A DNA stretch of 47,348 nucleotides from Oligoflexales bacterium (lineage in GTDB: Bacteria; Bdellovibrionota_B; Oligoflexia; Oligoflexales; RGVZ01), in NCBI GenBank assembly GCA_044236265.1, contig JBIIGV010000007.1, forward strand, positions 1 to 47,348. The letters are read 5' to 3'. Each line of letters opens with the position of its first letter. Position 1 is the stretch's first letter. The notes beneath the pieces were generated by a model. It had not been told where the DNA came from. It saw only the letters and a list, made by a program, of their open reading frames with translations, and did not search any database. The position numbers and the translations under genes were made by a program. Positions 41,731-47,348 of the stretch are shown here, one piece after another.

Positions 41731-42387
41731 TCAGAGAACACCGAACCATTGGCGGTGGGGCGCGAATAGTTCGAGTGAAAATTTATCGCCTTTTTTAATG
41801 GGTCCCACTCCGGACGGGGTGCCCGTGAAAATTAGATCTCCAGGTAGCAGAGTGTTGAACGACAATAGAAAATCTAGAATCTGCGGCACAGAGAATATCA
41901 TTTGAGCTGTGTCACCAGTTTGTTTCAGCTCGTCGTTTAGATAAAACTTGAAGCGGAAACTCTCTTTTGTTTCGCACTCGGAGAGTCGCACCAAGGGGCT
42001 TACGACCGAGGCCCCAGAAAAACTTTTAGCCAATGTCCATGGTAAACCTTTGGCTTTAAGCTCAGCCTGCTTCTCACGGCGGGTGATATCAATACCAAGT
42101 CCTATAGCATCCACAATGTCCCAGCCGACCCCTTTGGTGCCAACCGCTGTGGTCTGGCCGATCCGCAGAACAAGCTCGGCCTCGTAGTGAAATGCAGCGT
42201 CTGAAAAACCCATTTTCCCGCTTGCCAGGGGTCTTAAAGAGGAGGGGGCCTTTAGAAAGACAACTGGCTCCCCAACAGGCGGTGCATTTCCCAGTTCTTT
42301 CGCATGTTCTAGGTAGTTACGCCCAATTCCATAGATGGTGGGGACGGGGGCTGGTCCAAAATTTTCAATCATTACCGTTGGTTGCAT
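41731..42387 (-). CDS. Fumarylacetoacetate hydrolase family protein
   Basis: GIGRNYLEHAKELGN, VFLK, HYEAEL, LPWTLAKSF, GDLIFTGTPSGVG. Confidence 0.93.
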   Translation of the reverse strand: MQPTVMIENFGPAPVPTIYGIGRNYLEHAKELGNAPPVGEPVVFLKAPSSLRPLASGKMGFSDAAFHYEAELVLRIGQTTAVGTKGVGWDIVDAIGLGIDITRREKQAELKAKGLPWTLAKSFSGASVVSPLVRLSECETKESFRFKFYLNDELKQTGDTAQMIFSVPQILDFLLSFNTLLPGDLIFTGTPSGVGPIKKGDKFSLELFAPHRQWFGVL

Positions 42388-42589
42388 TGCTCAGGGTCCT
42401 TTGTCTAACTCACTGAAACGACTGTATATTTTATTTTGTCAGCCGGCAATGATAATATTTTATAAAAATCAATAAAAAACCTTTACAATCTTTAAAAATT
42501 TTGTATAACACTATCACATTCCTTCGAAGAGAAGGGATTGGTGCTCTTAGCTGTTGCTGACTAACTCTTGCTGTTGAGGTGATTTCCAA

Positions 42590-43603
42590 ATGAATCGAAA
42601 TGCTATTCCATCCTGGCTTCGTCCAACCAAAGCAAAAATTTTGACATCACTTCTTGCTCTCAGCGGGCTTATGGGATTTGCCTCCGTGGCGATCTCTGCC
42701 GAAGATTTGACTCAATCATCGCAGGCTACGGCTACATCTCAGACGGCTGAGTCGGCTGTAGTTGCAGATGAAATTTCCAACGGTTCTGTGATTGATTTGG
42801 GTGAGGGTTTATCGATTGCACCCATCGCGGGCTGGAAAATTGAGCGCAAGTCCATGGGCATGTCCCTTGTGATGAAGGAAGTATTGCCTCCTCAGACTGG
42901 AGAGATCGATTATTCTAAGCCCGTATTTGCGAGAAATCTGACACTTTTGACGATGAATCAAGCGCGACCGATTGACGAGGCAGCCGTTGCTGAGTTGAAA
43001 GGTGAAGTCTCGAAAATGTATTCAAAAGGGCTTGCTTCATCAGATTTGACATTCACCGATCACAAGTTTTTTGACTACAAGGGCAAGGGTGATGGGTTGA
43101 TTTTGTTCTCGCAGTTTACGCTAAACAACTATCAGATGATGCAAATGCAGGTTGTTGTTTCTGGCGACTCTAAATCCTATTTGATGACGTATACCGATTT
43201 GGCAAGCAACTTTGCAAATCCAGCAAGCTACGAAGCCGCTTGGAAATCCATGACATCGATTCAAGTTTCCGGCGTTGCTCCTAAGCGTTACCACAAAGAG
43301 ATGATGATGGGTGGTATGTTTGCCGCTGCTTTGTTTGCAATTATCTTCCCGTTCGTGCTCGTTCGTTGGTCAAATGCTCGTCGTCTGCGTAAGTTCGCAG
43401 CGGAGCTCCAGTATGATTGGGACACTGGCGCTTCTAAGTCAGATGTTGATTACCAGTTGAGTGATTTCCATGTGCTTGACCAAACCCGTCCAGTTCAGAA
43501 AATGGCAAAGGCTAAAAGATCTGAGTCCAAAAGTTTTGATATCGATGTCAGCTCCCTGAGTCACGTAAGCGCTATCAGCACGCGGCATAGCCGCTTTGCT
43601 TGA
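42590..43603 (+). CDS. Hypothetical exported/membrane protein (PsbP/DcrB-like core suspected, C-terminal TM and cytoplasmic tail)
   Basis: GAGGTGA RBS; signal peptide; P..GW start of domain; TM GGMFAAALFAIIFPFVLV. Confidence 0.65.
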   Translation: MNRNAIPSWLRPTKAKILTSLLALSGLMGFASVAISAEDLTQSSQATATSQTAESAVVADEISNGSVIDLGEGLSIAPIAGWKIERKSMGMSLVMKEVLPPQTGEIDYSKPVFARNLTLLTMNQARPIDEAAVAELKGEVSKMYSKGLASSDLTFTDHKFFDYKGKGDGLILFSQFTLNNYQMMQMQVVVSGDSKSYLMTYTDLASNFANPASYEAAWKSMTSIQVSGVAPKRYHKEMMMGGMFAAALFAIIFPFVLVRWSNARRLRKFAAELQYDWDTGASKSDVDYQLSDFHVLDQTRPVQKMAKAKRSESKSFDIDVSSLSHVSAISTRHSRFA

Positions 43604-43615
43604 GACCACAAATAG

Positions 43616-43649
43616 AAAACCGGCGTCGGATAAGTCCGACGCCGGTTTT
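43616..43649. terminator. Bidirectional Rho-independent terminator
   Basis: AAAACCGGCGTCGGA-taag-TCCGACGCCGGTTTT perfect 15-bp stem between convergent genes. Confidence 0.88.
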
Positions 43650-43659
43650 GCTTTGCGCA

Positions 43660-44472
43660 TTATTTTGGGATAACAACTTCAATACTCGTATCGCTGATTT
43701 CTTCGGGCACACCTGCAACGATGGGAAGTGCTGGCGCGGTTTGCAATTTGGCTAGGTTGCCGTCAAAGATTGCGCCGTTAGGCCAGCTGCCTACGAAGAA
43801 TTCGGATCCACACTGCACCATGAGTTTGCCGCACTGGGTCCTTGCAGCATCAGCCTTGGTGACATTTGCAAAGCTACATGTCCCTGCGTTCGGTACCTGT
43901 TGGACGTCAAGCTTCGTCACGTTATTGGCTAACGACGGTTGGCATGAAATTGAGCAGGTGCAAAGCCCCGAAAATGCTTTTGGTCCGGTGACAGGGACCT
44001 CTAGCTGCCAGACGGTGGAGGCTGGAACTCCCTGGATTGATGGTGGCGTTGAATACAATTGCTGGACAAAAGCCACGCCCGACAGTTTTCCGGAGTCACT
44101 GTTAATCGCAATTCTTCGGGCGTCGTACAATAAGCCTGGGTCTGAGAACCAGCTGGCAACGCCGACGTCAGCCTTGTCTGCAAGCACTTTCAAGTCACAA
44201 CGATCGTCTTTTCTCAGGTTTTGAGTCATGAAGTTGACGAGGTTTTCCGTGCCTTTCGTTCCGGAGGTGTTTCCGGCACCACAGCCCGAAAGCGTGTAAA
44301 CCAACTCTGACCGGGCCAAATCAGCATCTTTCATGCCCACGACTTTAATTTCAACACCTACGGGGTCTCCGGGGTTGGTCTGGGGTCTCAGGCCCGTGCG
44401 GCAGGAAGATAATGCGGCAGCTAATATCACTGCAACCGAAGTCATCTTCATGTGGTCAACTTTATGGAACAT
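43660..44472 (-). CDS. Hypothetical Cys-rich lipoprotein
   Basis: GGGAGG RBS; VILAAALSSC lipobox; CTCSISC cluster. Confidence 0.72.
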   Translation of the reverse strand: MFHKVDHMKMTSVAVILAAALSSCRTGLRPQTNPGDPVGVEIKVVGMKDADLARSELVYTLSGCGAGNTSGTKGTENLVNFMTQNLRKDDRCDLKVLADKADVGVASWFSDPGLLYDARRIAINSDSGKLSGVAFVQQLYSTPPSIQGVPASTVWQLEVPVTGPKAFSGLCTCSISCQPSLANNVTKLDVQQVPNAGTCSFANVTKADAARTQCGKLMVQCGSEFFVGSWPNGAIFDGNLAKLQTAPALPIVAGVPEEISDTSIEVVIPK

Positions 44473-44619
44473 AGGGCCTCCCGACTAAATTTTAGACTCT
44501 CTTATTTTATAACGGCCACCGGACTTTGACCAAATTGTTGACGTCAAAAAAGGGGGCTGGCAAAGTGTTGAGATAACTCAAATACAAGTGCTCATATTCA
44601 ATGATTGCGGAAGGTTGAT

Positions 44620-45582
44620 ATGGCGTTAATTGAAGTCAGGGGCATTTCCAAGTTCTACGGGCCGCACGCTGCCGTGCGAGACGTGAGCTTTGATATCAAA
44701 GAGGGTGAAATCGTTGGTCTACTTGGCTTAAACGGGGCCGGTAAGAGTACGATTTTGAAAATTTTGGGTACTTTTTTGCTGCCATCCTCTGGGCGCGCGG
44801 TTATGGGGGGGCACTCTGTCGAAGATGATGCCGACAAAGTCCGAGAGTTGATCGGTTATCTGCCAGACACGCCGCCGCTCTATGAAGAGATGCGAGTCAT
44901 CCCATATCTTCGCTTTGTAGCGCAGTTGAAAAATGTAGCTCCCCGGCTCATTGATGAGCGCATTGCCAATGTGTTGAAAAAAACAAACCTGCAAGAGGTG
45001 GCATGGCAACCACTAGGCGAGCTCTCCCATGGCTTCAGGCAGCGAGTCGGCATTGCTCAAGCCCTTATTCACGATCCACCCATTATCATCTTGGATGAGC
45101 CGATCAACGGGCTTGATCCGGTCCAGATCGTCGAGATGCGCGATTTGATTTTATCTTTACGTGGTAAACACACAGTCATTCTATCGAGTCATATTTTGTC
45201 CGAGATTACCAGAACGTGTGATCGGATTCTGATAATTGATAAGGGTCGCCTTGTTGCCGAGGGGCAAGAAGCTGAGCTTGATAAGGCTGTGGCCAGATCC
45301 ATGCGAGTTGTGGCCCAGTACGTGGGTAACGTCTCCCTTGCGGAAATTCGAAAAATAAGTGGCGTTCGTCAGGTGAGCGAGGGTCAGGGTGTTGAAAAAA
45401 ATAGTAAGTTGTTGACCGTAGAATGCGATGGAGATGTTCGATCTGAGGTCGCGCGTGCCATCATCTCATCAGGAGCTCAGCTTCTAGAGCTAGGACGCGA
45501 TGGCGATGGTCTTGAGTCTATTTTTATGAGTCTGGTCAGATCGTCCAAACTTCAGACGTCAGCGGAGGTCACTCATGGGTAA
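44620..45582 (+). CDS. ABC transporter ATP-binding protein (GldA-like)
   Basis: GLNGAGKST, LSHGFRQRVGIAQAL, LDEPINGLDP, LSSHILSE. Confidence 0.9.
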   Translation: MALIEVRGISKFYGPHAAVRDVSFDIKEGEIVGLLGLNGAGKSTILKILGTFLLPSSGRAVMGGHSVEDDADKVRELIGYLPDTPPLYEEMRVIPYLRFVAQLKNVAPRLIDERIANVLKKTNLQEVAWQPLGELSHGFRQRVGIAQALIHDPPIIILDEPINGLDPVQIVEMRDLILSLRGKHTVILSSHILSEITRTCDRILIIDKGRLVAEGQEAELDKAVARSMRVVAQYVGNVSLAEIRKISGVRQVSEGQGVEKNSKLLTVECDGDVRSEVARAIISSGAQLLELGRDGDGLESIFMSLVRSSKLQTSAEVTHG

Positions 45583-46303
45583 AACGTGGCAAATTGCTCG
45601 TAGGGAGTTGGGTGCATTTTTTAACACGTGGATGGGTTACGTAATCGTAGCTGCTGTTTTGATTATTGATGGTCTTTTGTTTAACGCGTTTGCAGTTGGA
45701 AATGAGCCCAAGCTTTCGGCTGATGTTCTATCGGACTTCTTCTATTTCTCAAGTGGTATGAGCATGGTTGCGGGGATATTTCTAGCGATGCGGCTTATGG
45801 CAGAAGAAAAGCAGAACGGAACCATCGTTTTGTTATTCTCATCACCGATTTCTGAGCGTCAGGTGATCTACGGCAAATTTGTTTCGGCCTTCCTTTTTGC
45901 AGGCGTTCTGCACCTGGTTTCGCTCTATATGCCGGCACTTATATTGGTCCATGGGAAAATTTCATTTGGTCACGTTTTGGCGGGCTACGTCTGCCTCATG
46001 TTATTGAGTGCGGTCACTATTTCAATCACGTTATTGTCATCGACACTTGCGCCGAATCAATTGGTTGCAGCTGTTGGAGGTGGATTTCTTACGGTTGTCT
46101 TGTTGACTTTTTGGATGCTGGCTAAGGTCGTTGACCAACCGTTCAGGGACATTTTTAGTTGGCTTGCCATTCACAGTGACCACTTCACGCCTTTCAGCAA
46201 TGGCATCATCAATCTTCAGGATTTGGTCTTTTATGTTGGTTTAGTGGTGTTTTTTCTTGAGTGTGCCACGCGTGCTCTCATTGGACGACGATGTCAGGGA
46301 TGA
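45575..46303 (+). CDS. ABC-2 type permease (GldF-like)
   Basis: IARREL, MRLMAEEKQNGTIVLL, GKF; six hydrophobic segments. Confidence 0.88.
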   Translation: MGKTWQIARRELGAFFNTWMGYVIVAAVLIIDGLLFNAFAVGNEPKLSADVLSDFFYFSSGMSMVAGIFLAMRLMAEEKQNGTIVLLFSSPISERQVIYGKFVSAFLFAGVLHLVSLYMPALILVHGKISFGHVLAGYVCLMLLSAVTISITLLSSTLAPNQLVAAVGGGFLTVVLLTFWMLAKVVDQPFRDIFSWLAIHSDHFTPFSNGIINLQDLVFYVGLVVFFLECATRALIGRRCQG

Positions 46304-46315
46304 GGAGTTAAAATA

Positions 46316-47348
46316 ATGAACATGACTAATCAGCTTACGGAAGTCCTTAGGCTCGTTCTGACCGTGATGGGCGCTTGTTTGTTTTTTGTCGGAGAGCGCT
46401 ACTTTGCAGACGCTGCGACTCATTGGTGGCTGACCGGTTTCGGTATTTTTGCATTGCTCGGCGGGGTTTTGCTAGCTGGCGTCTGCCTAAGGAAGGCGAA
46501 GCAGCAGGGCTATGAGCGCGAGTGGCCGGTGTGGAGGCTATCGATCATCTGGCAAGCCTTGTTTCTGCTCTCAGCTTTGGTCTACCTTGCTTATGCAAAG
46601 GTCATGGGTACAAAGCCTGCTCCAGTTACGTTCGTAGAAAAACTTCTTTTGGTTGGCTGGTTGGTCTCTGCTGTGCTGGGCTTTTTTATGGCGATTGGTT
46701 TCGAGTGGGCTCGTATGCGTAATGGTCGAGGTGTATACGCTGAGCCGCAGCGGGTGCGCATGGCGACCCGTGATTGGCTCAAAGTAGGTATGCTAGCCAT
46801 CGTTATTGCCTGTTTGAATTATGCAGCTGCCAAGCGCAATATCGTTTGGGATTTGAGCTATCTGAAGACAACGTCTGTTAGTGATTCTACAAGGAAAATG
46901 GTCGATACTTTAGGTCAGGATATCCAGGTTGGTATCTTTTTCCCTCAGGGTAACGAGGTGTTGTCTCAGGCAAAAATGTATTTCAATCACCTGACCCAAG
47001 CGTCCTCGCGTCTTTCTTTGAATTATTACGATGTGGAACTGCAGCCCCTGGAGGCTGAAAGGTTTCGGGTTAGTCGCAATGGCTACGTCGTGCTGAAGGC
47101 TGGTGAGCAGACTGAGCGTTTTGACATTGGTTTGAACTTAGCATCGGCGCGGAAGACCCTGCGGAGTCTTGATTCTGAATTTCAGAAGGCTTTACTCGCC
47201 GTCACAGAGAAGAAGAAAGTTCTCTATTTTACTCGTGGTCACGGTGAGCTGTCATGGTCAACAGGCGACGACGCGAGCTCCTTAAAGTCAATAAAGACAC
47301 TCGAGAGTTATTTGCGGCAGTTGAATTTTACCATGCGGTTTTTTGGCG
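46316..47348 (+). CDS. GldG-like ABC transporter auxiliary component with extra N-terminal TMs (3' truncated)
   Basis: Manual translation from ATG 46316 (GAGGAG RBS): ~5 TMs, NYAAAKRNIVWDLSYLKTTSVSDSTRKMV, KVLYFTRGHGE; open to window end. Confidence 0.85.
   Translation, partial: MNMTNQLTEVLRLVLTVMGACLFFVGERYFADAATHWWLTGFGIFALLGGVLLAGVCLRKAKQQGYEREWPVWRLSIIWQALFLLSALVYLAYAKVMGTKPAPVTFVEKLLLVGWLVSAVLGFFMAIGFEWARMRNGRGVYAEPQRVRMATRDWLKVGMLAIVIACLNYAAAKRNIVWDLSYLKTTSVSDSTRKMVDTLGQDIQVGIFFPQGNEVLSQAKMYFNHLTQASSRLSLNYYDVELQPLEAERFRVSRNGYVVLKAGEQTERFDIGLNLASARKTLRSLDSEFQKALLAVTEKKKVLYFTRGHGELSWSTGDDASSLKSIKTLESYLRQLNFTMRFFG

Noticed and set aside
43660..44472. Paralogy with lipoprotein 3227..4156
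   Set aside because: Only vague shared pattern (Y.L..C...LR...CD); cannot support homology by eye
44538..44547. TTGACGTCAA palindrome between divergent genes
   Set aside because: 10 bp only, single occurrence; insufficient evidence
1..47348. tRNA/rRNA genes, IS elements, prophage genes
   Set aside because: No cloverleaf/T-loop signatures in intergenic gaps and no transposase, integrase or phage structural motifs in ORFs

Overview
Gene-dense chromosomal window from a diderm bacterium; gene content (many orphan lipoproteins and beta-barrel-ending exported proteins, lipoprotein trypsin, PQQ-type propeller, long MlaD, tandem Get3-like ATPases) suggests Bdellovibrionota/Oligoflexia-like origin (inference). 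Housekeeping genes: CPA2 antiporter (partial), serA, fadD, CBS-less IMPDH/GMP-reductase, FMN glutamate synthase-like, thiL, gluQ, murI, class A PBP, pyk, FAH-family, GldA/F/G-like ABC (partial). No rRNA, tRNA, CRISPR array or transposase/integrase seen. Main observations: (1) seven intergenic sigma28/FliA-type promoters (T[AC]A[AGT]G...[GT]CCGA[TA], 15-nt spacer) in front of non-flagellar envelope/signalling genes; (2) an 1805-aa Ser/Thr kinase-STAND ATPase-helical-GAF protein ending in an apparently dead SpoIIE/PP2C domain, translationally coupled to an asymmetric Get3/ArsA-like pair and followed by a minimal mlaE-mlaF-mlaD whose MlaD looks like a one-chain envelope bridge; (3) NlpC/P60 peptidase with a six-Cys insertion next to murI; (4) a stand-alone small basic protein made of one phage-endonuclease-type repeat; (5) a probable ATT-initiated outer-membrane protein; (6) a 27-bp perfect REPIN-like inverted repeat. 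All family calls are by-eye motif recognition; no searches were run.
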